A stretch of DNA of 64,000 bases, taken from positions 57,476,001-57,540,000 of the forward strand of contig NC_045697.1 of NCBI RefSeq assembly GCF_009834535.1, read 5' to 3'. The notes below the pieces were generated by a model. It was not told the origin of the DNA and searched no databases. It saw only the letters and a program-made list of their open reading frames with translations. This DNA comes from Camelus ferus (taxonomy: Eukaryota). Shown here in pieces: positions 51,201-64,000 of the stretch (the first letter of the stretch is position 1; the number at the start of each line of letters is the position of its first letter). The translations under genes were made by a program, and so were the position numbers.

Positions 51201-54200
51201 AAGAGAAAATATCTAGCTCATTCACTCAGATGCTACATAATACATAATGATTTGCTTGAAACAAGAGTTTACTCAAATATTTCGCAGTTGATGGTCACTC
51301 GGGTAGTTTTATTTACTGATTTATTTTTGTTGCTAGTAACAATGTAGTAATGAATGTTCTTGTACTTTAAAGTGCAGGTGGCTGACTTTTTAAAACAGTT
51401 TGAGGAGGTATAATTGACAAACAATAAACTATACTAATTTCAAGTGTATAGCTTAATAGTATTGACATATTTACCCATCAAATTATCATTACAATTAAGA
51501 TAGTAAACATATCATTCAAATTTCAGAATTTTCCCATGCCGCTCTCACTTTCCAATGACAACACATAATGTGTTTTCTGTCTTGAAAGATTAGTTTGCTT
51601 TTTCTAGAATTTCCTGTAAACAGAATAGACTTTTAAAGAATTAGTTTCTTACAAGCTTACTTTGAGATGAATACATGTTGTTGAAGGTATCAGTAGTGTA
51701 TTCCTTTTTATTACTGGGTAGTATTTTATTGTATGAATAACCCATAATTTTTTCATTCACTTCATCTATTTTAAGGCTTTCTTGTTACAGGCATATGTTT
51801 AGAATTATTATATCCTGTTAATAAATTGAACCCTTTATCATTATACAGCAAACTTCTTTATCCCTGGTAATATTTTCTCTCTAAAATATAATGCATCTGA
51901 TATTAATCTAGCCATTTCAGCTTTGTTTTGTTAATTTTAGCATGGTAAATCTTTTTACCAAGCTTTTATTTTTACTATATTTGTGTTTTCATACTTACAG
52001 TGTTTTAGTAGACATATAGTTGGAATATTGTTTTTCATCTAGTCTAATAATGTCTAACTTCTAATTGGGGTGTTTCAGTCATTTACATTTAATAGATTAT
52101 TGTTTTGGTTATGATTAAAACTATTTTATATTTTTATTATCTGTTAATTTTTGCATTTTTCCTTTGTTTCTTCTATGAATGAATTGAACATCTTTTATTC
52201 CTTTCTAACACATCCACAGACTTATTATAACTATTTGTTGTATTAGTTGTTGGTTTACAGTTGGAAATATACATCTTTAGCTTGTCTCTCAGTCTACTAG
52301 TAAATTATCTTATACTACTTCACATACAGATAAGAACCTTACAATAGTATGCTTTCATTTCCCCCTTCTTTGTGCTATTGGTATCATACATTTTACTTAC
52401 ACATATGCAGTGAACTACACTGTAATATTATTGTTTTAACAATTATTACTGATTCCTGTTTAAACAATCAGCTGTATTTTGAAGAAATTTAAATTATCAG
52501 AAGGGAAATCTGTGTAGTTGTCTATGCACTTACTATTTCCAGTGTTTTTTATTTCCTTGTGCTGATACATATTAACATCTGTTATCACTTCCCTTCTGCC
52601 TTCATAATTACCTTTAGTATTTCTTGTTGAGTGGGTCTGTTGGAAATAAAGCACAGGTGATTTTTAGGGAAGTAATTAGAAATGACTTCTAGAAATTGGA
52701 TTGTTGATTTGAAAGACACGCGTTATTTTAGTAAAATTTTATTGACATGTAGCATTTGCTGATAAATGGAAATAAAATATAATCATATAGCTTAATAAAT
52801 TTCCATAAAATAAACACTTTAGGTATCATCACACAAATCAAGAGAAAGAACATTATAAGCAATTCTGATGATTTCTCATGGCTCTACCACGCATTAAACC
52901 CCACAAAGTTAACCAGTTTTCAGACATTTAGCATTGCAGTGTAGTTATGCATGTTTTATGAACATTATGTAAGTGGACTCATAGTAAATGTGCATCTGTG
53001 TCTGCTTATTGTTTGTGAGTTGTGTGTATTAGAGACATTCACCCATATTTCTTGTATAGTGGTATCATGTTCATTGTCACTAATTTATATTATTCTAGTA
53101 TATCATTATTGCAAAATTGATTTATCCATAAGACGTACATGGGCACCTGGGGTTTTGCTATTATAATAGTGCTACCATGAACTTTGTTTTTCTTGTCTTT
53201 TGGTTAATGTATGAACACTTTAAATTTAGCATATAACAAGAAGGGAAATTCCTGGGCTGTGTATTTGGCTATGGTCAGTTTTTTGTAGATATGGTCAGTT
53301 TTCAAAACAGATTGATTAAATTTACTCTCTCAAAAGTCTATAGGAAAGTTCTAATTTCTGCAGATCCTTAATAATATTTATGATTGTTCATTTGCTTTCC
53401 TTTTAGCCCTTCTAAAAACTACATAGTAATGTCTCACATGAAATAAATGATTGTTTATCTTCTTTTTGAAGTGTGTGTGGAAGTATTTTGCTCATTTATT
53501 GTGTTATTTTCTTAGAAATTTGTAGAAGTTGTTTAGAATTTGAGTATTTTTTCAAATGTTGGTATTGCAAATATTATTCACTCTGATTTTTCATTTATTT
53601 AGTGGTATCTCTTAAAAAGTAGAAAATCATAATATTAATTTTGCCCTAGTTATTATTTGCTGCTTTGGTTAGCACTACTTGGACCTTCTAAAAGAATATA
53701 TAGCCATCCTAAGAGTATAAGAATATTTTCTGTGTATACTTCTAGAAGCAAATTATCATCATTCATACTTTGATATTTAATCAGTCAGAAATTATTTTTA
53801 TATAGCAAGTGAGCATATTCATTGTTTATATACAAATATCCATTTGACTATTTCCTGAAAATAAAATTTAACAAATAATTGAATAATAAGTGAAAAACAA
53901 TTGCTGACTCTACTGAGGTTTCACACTTACCATACACCAGGTGTGGTCATTACTGGATGGATCTGTTGTTGTAATTTGATGTCTTCCACTGGAAAAACTT
54001 TCAGTCTACTGGCAAATAGCACACTGAGTAATTATAATAGCATTACGATATGACTTTATATTTGTAGCTCAAATTTCACATCTTGAGGGTGGGATTGCAG
54101 GCTTTCTGCTTGATATACATACCATTTTTATAAGCATTGTAAGAAAAGTTTACATGATGCCTTTTCAGTCTAGTCTGTAGTCATTTTTAAGAGTTTTTTT

Positions 54201-56680
54201 CTTACTTTTTAATCTTGTTTGCATTGCTTATCCTTTTTTCTTGAGTGACAGACTTTGTGTATACAAATTTTGCAGAGATTAAGTGACAGTATTTTCTTTC
54301 AGAGTGGATTTACCCTTGTATTTATTGAGTAGCTATCATCTTAAACTAATCAGGAATACAGATATGTCATTTAGATTATACTTTGAGTAATGCTCTCTTC
54401 TAGTTTACATGCCATTATCTTGTGTCTAGGATTATATATTTAAACTGAAATATGATTTTCTGGGGTGCTTTTTTCAGTCAGGTTCTAGTCTCCATTTTCT
54501 GTCTTGCTCCCACAAGCTGCTCTGTAAAACATTTAGTCTATTTATAGAGGCTTTTGCCTTAGCTATTTGCTTCTAACCCTCATATTTTCACAATTTGGTT
54601 GATTCTTTTGGAGGAAATAGCCATGGGTTCAGTACCTATCTAGTGATCAGTTTCTTTACTCTGACACCACTACACCAGCAAAAGTACTGTCAGTTTTACT
54701 GTCCTTCAATAGCAGCTCTGTACCATGCAAAGAGCACATTTTCTTTTAACCTCTTGCATTTCCTGGATTTGGCAAATTTCCATGAAAGAAAAGTTTGCAG
54801 AAGTTTAGCGTACTTTTCCTTGATTCTTCACTATGCAAACTCTTTGCCCTTCTCGTTCTTCCTACTTCCGTAGTTCTCTTATATCTTTAACAAGAGGATT
54901 TTCATGTTTTATCCAACTTTCTTATTGTTCCTAGCAGTAGTATTGGAATGTCACAAGCTATTATGTCCTGTCATAATTTACACTGCTTACATATGTACTG
55001 ACAGATTGCACTTAAAGAATGGGTAACAGTTCATATTGCCACTAGCATTATGTAATAGTGCCCTTGTTACTGCATTACTCTTAGCACATGTTTTTATTTG
55101 TTTTCTTTTCTTTTTTTATTTTTGTCAGTGCAATGGTTGAGAATGGATTTCACATAGCCAGAATTTATTTATATCATATTGGACTCAACTAATACATAAT
55201 TTTATGGTAAAGGCCGGTTCCTACTCAATTTCATGAAGATTTTCTGAAATATTTAAAAAAGTGTAATATGCATATATCAGTCTAAAAGAGAAAGCATGTT
55301 TAGTTTTAATATTATGCTTTTGAAAATTATTAGTAAATAATGCTAGAATCAGTATTTTGACCAGAGGAAGGTAAAAATAATAATTCAGGAGAACTTATTC
55401 CATTTAGAATCTTTGAGAAACTAGGTACAATTATAATTAATAACAACCTGACTTCAGAATATTTTTGAGTCAGATATTATTCCCACATACGTTGGAGTAA
55501 TGAAGTATAACTGGTTTTTCAAAATACTTACTATCCCCACATCAGTTTTCTGTAAAACATAACATAAAATATGTAATCAGGACTTTAGTTTCTAAATTTA
55601 TACTCATTTTTAGTTCCATTGGTACTATAATAAATTTTTGTTGTTGTTGTTCTTACAATTTAGTACAAGGCATAGGTTTCATTTCTGAATTATTGGAGTA
55701 GAATTTTGTTTGTTTGCACTGAGATATTCCTAGGAGCAGTTTACCCAACTCATAGTTTATGGAAACTTTCACTTGACCAAATTAATAAATACTCTGAAAA
55801 ATGTAATATCTCTGAACTTTGAAAATATGTTTGCTTGTTTCTTAGGGTTTGAACACTTTATTATAGGCAAGTTTTTAATTAGATCTAGAGTCGATATGAC
55901 CACAGCTACTGATTTTTCCTTCAGTTCTTTTTAAAACTGTTTTCTGCCCAATATGACTTTCCTTCAGGTTTGGGAGCAATGTTTCTGTGTCATACAGAGA
56001 GATTTTTACACTTTCTTATTAAGACTGACAAGTTACCAGGAAAGTTATGGCAACCAAAAAAAAAAAAAAATCATTCTGTTTACTTTAGAGAGTTCTTTTT
56101 CTTTGATCTTTTTGGATGGTACACTCAAATTTATTTCTGTTCCACATCTGAGAATTTACTCACTTGATCTTATTATTTTTTTTTTTGGAGGCTTTTTTTT
56201 TTTTTTAAAGCTACTGCATCTGTTCATTTCCATTGCTACTGTAATAAATATACCATGACTTTCAGAGAGTTCCCATTTACTTTCAACCTTACTAAAGGGA
56301 TTTTTGTCCTCAGAAAATCTTTTATGAAATCATAAATATTGTTATGATGCATCCCATTTTGATATTTTTAATAACTATATATTTTCATTTTATACTTGAT
56401 GTTATGTGATTAAAATCATATTGTCTCCTGAATCATAATTTTATTGAGACAGTTATTTACTTAAATTAACTATTACTCAAAATGCTATATAATACCATTT
56501 AAATTACTCACTATATGCTATAAATGATAGAGTTAATTTTGTTAGTGATCATTAAGAAAATTAGAGCCTTATTTTAGTGTCGCTTCACTTAAAACATGGC
56601 TAAGTTACATTAGAGTAGTATATGTTTTCCTAAAATACTGATTTAAAATTTTTATTTCAACTCTTTGTTTTACTTTATAG

Positions 56681-56744
56681 ATAAATATGCCACTAATTCA
56701 GAATATAGGTATAGTTTGCCCAAGAAGGTGCTAGATAAATACAT
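56681..56744 (+). other. Candidate internal exon of an unidentified host gene
   Basis: Strong acceptor ctctttgttttactttatAG and donor GTAAGT; one open frame (KYATNSEYRYSLPKKVLDKY). Confidence 0.35.
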
Positions 56745-59700
56745 GTAAGTGCTCTCAATTTTTCAATGATATATTCCAGAAAGCTTTTGATTTTTCAAGT
56801 AAAAATATGCTTATTAGGAAATAAGATAATAGATGTGTATGTAAATATTTATTATATGGCAGTAGCATAAATATTATTATTATTATCAAGAAATTCTGTA
56901 TGCGAGTTCACTTTGCAAACGTTAGGTGTTCAACATATTATACTTCTGGAACTCTGCTATGGACGTCTCATTATAAGTTTATTAAAATAGTATCAGTCAC
57001 TATAACTAGGTAATATACCAGGTGAGGAGAAAAATAAGTTAATCCATGATTATATACCATACATACTCTTATAACTAGGTAAAAACATTTAGAAATGTGC
57101 ACTTGACCCTATGGGGACATAAAGAAGAATCAAAGCTAATAATATAGTAATAATAATAATAATAATTTCAATCATTATGTGGTTTCCAATAGCATAAAAT
57201 ATTTGTGTTTAATTATCTGATGAATCTTCTTGTCACTTATGCTGTGAAATATGCTTTTATTCCTACAATTCAAGGAAAAACATACATAACTTTTATAGTT
57301 AAAAGTTGAAGGAAGGAATTGAGAAAAGGTCTCTCTAAAGAATTTGAGACATTACTATATCATTACACCGTGTCATTGTTTTCCTTTTGTCAAGGTGCTA
57401 GAGCAGTGAAATGCCGTTTTCATGTACTTCCTAGTCTTCAACTGCCATCAAAACTTCTGTGGGAGAGAAAATTTCATGGTGTTTGAGAGTATATTCACTA
57501 GTTTATTTGTCTGGGTTTGAAATTGAGCACCATGAGTTACAAACTATGTAATCATAGTAAAGTAACTATTTTATTTAAATTCTTAGTTTCATCATCTGAG
57601 TAATCCTTATGCTGTTATTGGCTCCTACATGGAATATTTATGAGTTATTCATTATTAAATGAACTTATAGAATATTTATGAAACCAAGAGCCTGAATATA
57701 TAGTTAGCATTCAATAAATATTATCTATCATTATGTTACATTCTAGGAATTAAATATATAGCCTTTTAAAGACATAAATTTACATATAGTATATAAAAAA
57801 AGATTAAACGGAAAGAAATAATGAAAATAAAATAATCAGTTTTCTGTGATGAAGGAAAGAAGTTGAATAGATTTATATATTATTCCCATCTAAGAGGTTA
57901 CTGTTTTTACTGATATGTATAAGCGTGCACAATGAAGATAATTTTAAAGAGATTTTGGAAAGAATAAGTGTCTATTTTCAATAAAATTTATAGAACTTTC
58001 ATCCAAAAAAATATTTTTAGGGTAGAAAGTAGCCACATATTAGCAACTTAAGGAATCTATGTCTGATTTAAAAAAAAAATTCACTGCCTCCAACCTCATA
58101 TACCCACACACAAACAAAACGTTCAGTACATTAAATGCTTAGGAATGAGGTATATAGAAAAGAAAATCTCCATTGTAGAATTTTATACTTTTCTGTAATG
58201 TTTTCTATAGTGTTTGTAAGTTTGACTACAATGCTAGGTTGGCAATAGGAGGATATAGTATTTATCAAATTAAATCCAATGTCAATGAGTTAGACTATCT
58301 GTAGGCCTCCCTCTAAACTAATCCAATTAGGAACACTAACCTTTTGCTATTTTGCTTCTTTGGCTGTTTGTTTGTTCAGCACATCTCTAATACTAAAATG
58401 ATTGTGTCTGTTTCTAATTCATTTTGCAAATTCATTGACTTACACTGCCCTAACTGAACAGATTTTAACTGTAGCTGAATGATTTTAGATTTACTCAGCA
58501 TAATCTTGTCTGCACATATCTGCAAAAATAGAACCACATAAATATATAGTTCTGTGTTTTCCTTAATTTACAAAATTATTTGGCATATATTCTACACATT
58601 AATAAAATATAGAGTAGTCAGATTTTATAAAACCAAGTCTTAAAAAATAATTACAAAATTTTGCCTTGCAGCTTAGTTCATTCATATTTATTTTTCAAAG
58701 GCTAGGATGATGTTTTATTTCTACAATGTATAAATAATTTTAGCACTGAGATCTGGAAAAACTATATTGTATAACCAGATTCAGTTTAAATATCTAGGTA
58801 AGGAGGAACATGTTATAGATGATATATACCGCTTATTTAGTGTCTTTGGGAAAATTGATATGTCTTTGGTGTCAGTGTTGATAAAATAAAATGCATCACA
58901 TATAATAAATATGTACATAGTCAATATATGTAACTCTGCTTTGTTAAAATATAACCAACTAGTAAATTAAGATTCTTTTTTAAAGTTCATTCAGCTTAAA
59001 TTGTGTAGGACTATTTTAGTGCAGGTAATTGTCCTCACCCTCTCCACAAGTCAATAAAAATATTTTCTCAATCAAAAGCAAAACAAAGAGTTGGTACATA
59101 TGCAAAATAATCTTACATCTTCATTGGTTCTGTTTTATTTGGATGTCTGCAGTTACACCAATGACTAGCATTGCAATCACTACAAAGATAGAGTTGCAGT
59201 TGAGTTTTTCAAATTAAGGCAAAATAAGCACACTTAAAGGCTCAACACTGAGTGCTTTTGAACAGAAGAATAAGAACACTTCACAATTTCTTAAGAGGTC
59301 TGATATCAAAAAGACAACAGGCTATATCATTGCAAAAGCTGAAAGCATATACTAATGGTTTTTTTTTTAAAAAGGACAGTAACAAGACAAGCAAATTCAG
59401 AGGCCCACAAGGTTTTTTTTTCTGTTGTTTTTTTTTTTTTCAATATCTTAGCAACTAAGCAATGGAAATAAATAACAGATCAGTGATAATACTTAAATTG
59501 TTTTTAATCTTATGTTCTGTGTCTATAGTGCAAACTGATGGTAATTTGAAGTAAGTTTTATTTTATACTAGGTCTTGAGCTTCTCAATTCATACTCTTCC
59601 CCTTACAAAAATCTCTGATTTAAAGAAACACCTTTGAGAACTTAAGGGTAGATATCTGAAACAAGTAAATATATTTGATATTTGCAGCCACACACCTATT

Positions 59701-61072
59701 TCTGTAATTCGTAAGAATCCAAAAGTTCCTCTCACATATTAAGTGTTTTAAGATGACCTCATGTATCACAAGAAGAAAAAGAACCAAAAAAAGAAATTAT
59801 ATTCTGATTTACAGAACCACACAACAAATATGGATACATATGGGACATGAATGCAGCCTTTCTGAAGGCAAAAACCATATCCCAAGCATACAAAAACAAT
59901 GAATAGGATTTATGGACAGTAATAAGTTTGAAGAAAAGATTGATAGTAGTGACCTCTGTGCCATCTATCACCTGCATTTTTTGGGGACGTGACTATAGCC
60001 TGTGGACTCTCATCAAGTATTACCAACTTATAAACATCAAAGAAAAGAATGGAGCTTGTTTTGAAATACATTGATGTCATAGATAGTAAACCAAAAAACT
60101 TGAGGATATATAAACTATTTCATTTCATAATGTAAAATGTCATCACTTTGGAAAATAAGCAGCGTAAGATTTAAGTAGATAATTGAAGAGAGGTTTATTT
60201 TCTAGGTTAAGATATTGGCCACTGAAACTCTTGCCACTGAAATGATGAATGGGAGGATGAAAAACTCCTTTACAAATAAATAACTTTCTAGAAAAAGTAT
60301 CATATTGGATTGGAAGATTAGATCAGTTAATCTAAATTTATTTCTAACACCAAGATTCTGTGATATTAAATGTGATATAGCTAAAATGTCAATATATTTA
60401 AAAATATAAAATACATATAAAAATATTAAAACTGAGGGGATGATGATATGTCTCGGTCATTTTAAGAATAATCTTAAGTATATAACAGAACTTTTGGAAA
60501 ATAGAGGGAAAAAAAGTCCATAAAATCACTAGCCTCAGAAATACCATAATCATTCTATTGTATTTGTTTTTATAGTTATAATCATTTAATTACATAAAAG
60601 TATTGATTGTATAAAAATCATAGTATATGTAAAATTGAGTATTATAGTTGTTTAGATTAATAATACATTTAAATATTATTATGTATTATTAATGAGTATA
60701 ATTCATAATGGCTATATACTATTCCATTTAGGGAATAAAGTATAATATAAATTTTATTTAAGACATTTTTATAAATATAAAAAATACTGTTATGAACACC
60801 TTAGTGCCTTTTTCACATTTCAAATTTTTTCACAGTAGATTTTCAAAAGAATAACCATTGGGACAATATTTTTAAGTATTTCTACTGCTGTTTATATATA
60901 GTATAATATTGCCTTTCTGAAAAATGGGTTTCCATACTACATTGTTTTATGAAGGCTTTTTTTATTGCGTCTGATTCTCAACCTTTACATACCGATAATT
61001 TACTTCATTAAATACTTTTAGCAACAGTAAATGATTTTGCATTTCTACTATGTTCTAGAAAATATCCCAAAT

Positions 61073-61290
61073 CAGATTTTGGCAAACTTTTGTTTTAAAA
61101 GGCCATGTAGTAAATATTTTAGACTTTATGAGACATGCAGTTTCTGACATATACTCTACTCTGCCATTGGAACAGGAAAGCAGCCGTAAAAAGTACTTAA
61201 ATGAGTAGATGTTCCTGTGTTCCAATAAAACTACAAAATCAGTGGAGCGCTGGATCTAGTCTATGAGCTGTAGTGTGCTTATCCCTTTGC
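61073..61290 (+). mobile_element. MER58-like hAT relic
   Basis: ttggcaaacttt...aaaggccatgtagtaaatattt...actctgccattg...ctgtgttccaataaaact. Confidence 0.8.
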
Positions 61291-62713
61291 TAAATAATTG
61301 AGGTAATATATATTCTGTATATAAAAATATTAATGGATATTTTTGTTATACAAATTGTAAAATAATTTGGCTAGAACAAAAGTCAAACTGAATTTATCTT
61401 ACATGTGTAATAGTTTTCTAGGAATCAAAATAATCTTGAATGTGTTTTATTCCACTTTCTTTAGTGCCACATGACTTATTAACAGTAATTATAATTTGCA
61501 TTTGTGACAGCAACATAATGAGTTATCTGCCTTTCAGTATTTCATTTTGTTTTAGAACCTAAATGATTTCTCAGGTACTAGGTAAAGAAATGCTCACTAG
61601 CACACCTTCTAATACCTGTACTTACAGAAAGTATTTTCTGTTTTGTCTTACCTTTCTAAGAGACTTCTTTTTTTCTTGTCTGTATCTGTTATCTTTTCTC
61701 ATTGAAAAGTTTCACTTTTTGGGTAACTAGTACTTCGAACATGAATTATAGTTTAAAAATTTATGACACATTTTCAAATATTTACTTAGTAAAGGCATAG
61801 CAATCTAAGTTTATAGAAAATATTCTTATCTAATATCTGTTATTTTTCAAATTATTTGTCAGAGGGACTCTACTCTTTACAACTTCCTTTTATGTTTTAG
61901 AAGTGGGAAAATATAATATTCAGAAAATCTCCAAATCAGAAAAATAATAAAAATAGGAATATGTATGTATAAATGAATCACTATGCTGTACCCCAGAAAT
62001 TAATGCAACATTGTAAATTGACTATACTTTAATTAAAAAAGTACATAACTGAGTATATAACAAAGCATTTTAAAACCAAAAAGAAAAAGAAAATTTCCAA
62101 ATCATGTAATTTTATTTAAAGGCTTGTAATTATGTTAGGAACCACATTTAATGATAGAGATCTTGGCCTACAATGTTTAGAGTAAGAATGCAGATCTATA
62201 AGATTATATTTTGAGAAAATAGGTAACATAATTAGCAATTAATATAATTGTCAATTTTAATTTTATGACTGCTGTACTTAATACTGGCACAAACATTTTT
62301 TTCTACCACTGAATTGCTATACGTTTAAAGACTACATTTTGACATATAAAATGTTTTTCAATGTTGTCTATGATTTATTTTAGTTTGGAAAACACATTCA
62401 CACATGGAAATTCTCATTTTGAAAATGATAAAATGCAATGATAAAGTTATTTTTCTCAGTTGCATACCAAAAGAAAAGAATAGCCAAGACTTACATCAGT
62501 CTGAAGTGCTCCACTCTCTGGACAGTTCATCTTGCTACACTATTAAAAAGTACAGTAAACTTTTCATTATCATGGTCAAAAGATTTGCTTTCCTAAGAGA
62601 TGATAAAATTCAGTGGCAATCTTATATTTAAGCAGAGAAAATAGACGTTGTAGGAAGCCGCATCCCACAAATACCTAACTTCCTAATTGTAGGAGTAACA
62701 ATTAGCATTTGAA

Positions 62714-62810
62714 GGGAGGGCTGCAACTCAGTAACTGAGTGGTAGAGCATGCACAAGGTCCTGAGTTCAATCCCCAGTACCTCCATTAAAACAAACAAAC
62801 ATACAAAAAA
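62714..62810 (+). mobile_element. tRNA-derived SINE (vic-1-like, short)
   Basis: gtggtagagcatgcacaaggtcctgagttcaatccccagtacctcc followed by an A-rich tail; near-TSD acaattagcatt/acaatagcatt. Confidence 0.85.
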
Positions 62811-64000
62811 CGACAATAGCATTCACTCAGTAACATTAGGCTCACTTTGTAAAAATGGAAATGCTCTTGGGAGAGTTTGTGCTATTTATTCTAGGGAGCA
62901 TATGGCTCCTAGTGTTTGTAATACTCTTGAATAAAGTTACTTTTATTTGTCTGCTTTTTAAACTGATGTCCTGTGCGACAACTTTTGTGGCAACAGACAG
63001 ATGGACTTACGCTGAAATTCTCGACAGCTGTCACAAGCACAAATGTTAGCTTTCAAAAACTAAGACTTCGGGACTAAAGATTTTGCAATCTAATAACTCT
63101 TGCCGTTAAAACATCCTTGAAAACTTGACAAAACAAAAAACAAATAAAAGGTTTTCCATTGCAATAGAAAAAAAGAGCCTGAATTATGCTACAGTATGGG
63201 AATAATTGCCACATAATACAATGTTACTAGAGTAGGCAAAGCAATAAAACAGAAAGACACATATTTGCATCTATTATTAAAAAAAAAAACATCATAAACA
63301 AAAAGAAGACACTCCGCATCTCATTCTATAACCCTAGCTTTAGAAATCTGAAGTCTACATTTACTTGAATCCAGTCCACTTAGTTTATAAGAATAGATTT
63401 CTGAGTTACCAGAATAATTTCTGGTAACCTAAGCTCTGCTTTTGGAGCATTTATTTAGAAAATTCAAATGCTAATTTCTACTATGTCAGTGGCTAAAAGG
63501 AAATATGATTGTGCATTATAACAAGAAACAATAGTAAAAAATCCCTGAAAGCTATATACCCTGGGTTCTGCTGCCATATATCTGGTCTGTGAAGAGTAAT
63601 TACAAGTGCTTCTCAAAATCTGAGAACAAGTTAATGGATTAGCTGACGGTCCCACATCATTCAAGTTTGTAACCATGATGAATTAACCCCTCTTGGATTC
63701 CTGTTATGGACTGCACACAAAAATATGGGATCCAGTTTTGGAAAGGAGAATTCCCTCAGAGAAATTGCATGGTCAGAAGGGGACTAAAGGCTATCCATGA
63801 TGCTAGGTAAATTTATCTTTTTTCATAGATAAGCAAGTGAAAAAAGAAAAAAGCCAGGGACCATTTTTGTGTCAACAAAACATTTTAAAAATAGGAAGGG
63901 ACTGCTAATTTTAGGACTTTTAAAGAAAATATTTCTCTTAATTTTTTTTACTAGAGAAAGCAAAAAAGCAGTAGAAAGTTCTCTGCTTTTTATTCTTTAC

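Noticed and set aside
62714..62790. tRNA gene (also 10545-10625)
   Set aside because: A/B-box-like head but A-rich tail, TSDs and no intact cloverleaf: these are SINEs.
1..64000. CRISPR arrays, operons or other prokaryotic systems
   Set aside because: The sequence is clearly mammalian; no repeat-spacer arrays or dense coding regions are present.

Overview
Mammalian, AT-rich, repeat-dense DNA. It is probably camelid, judging from two tRNA-derived vic-1-like SINEs and a young camelid-type L1 3' end (family names recalled from memory, not searched). No intact host protein-coding gene can be named. The main element is a defective 4,456-bp class III (ERV-S/HERV-S-like) provirus at 13404-17859. 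It has two ~345-bp LTRs, a 5-bp TSD (GCCTG), a tRNA-Ser PBS, a PPT, decayed gag-pro-RT and a gamma-type env remnant (ISD + CX6CC). RNase H, integrase and the env 5' part are deleted, and the provirus is nested in the 5' region of an older antisense L1. Also present: two near-identical ERV1-type solo LTRs with different TSDs 3.3 kb apart, a CpG-rich promoter-like region at ~39.9-40.6 kb with candidate downstream exons, an MLT2 LTR split by a 1.6-kb insertion of mostly unique sequence, ancient ERV-L pol fragments, and many L1, MIR, MER and MaLR relics. Most ORFs in the supplied track are spurious repeat-derived frames.
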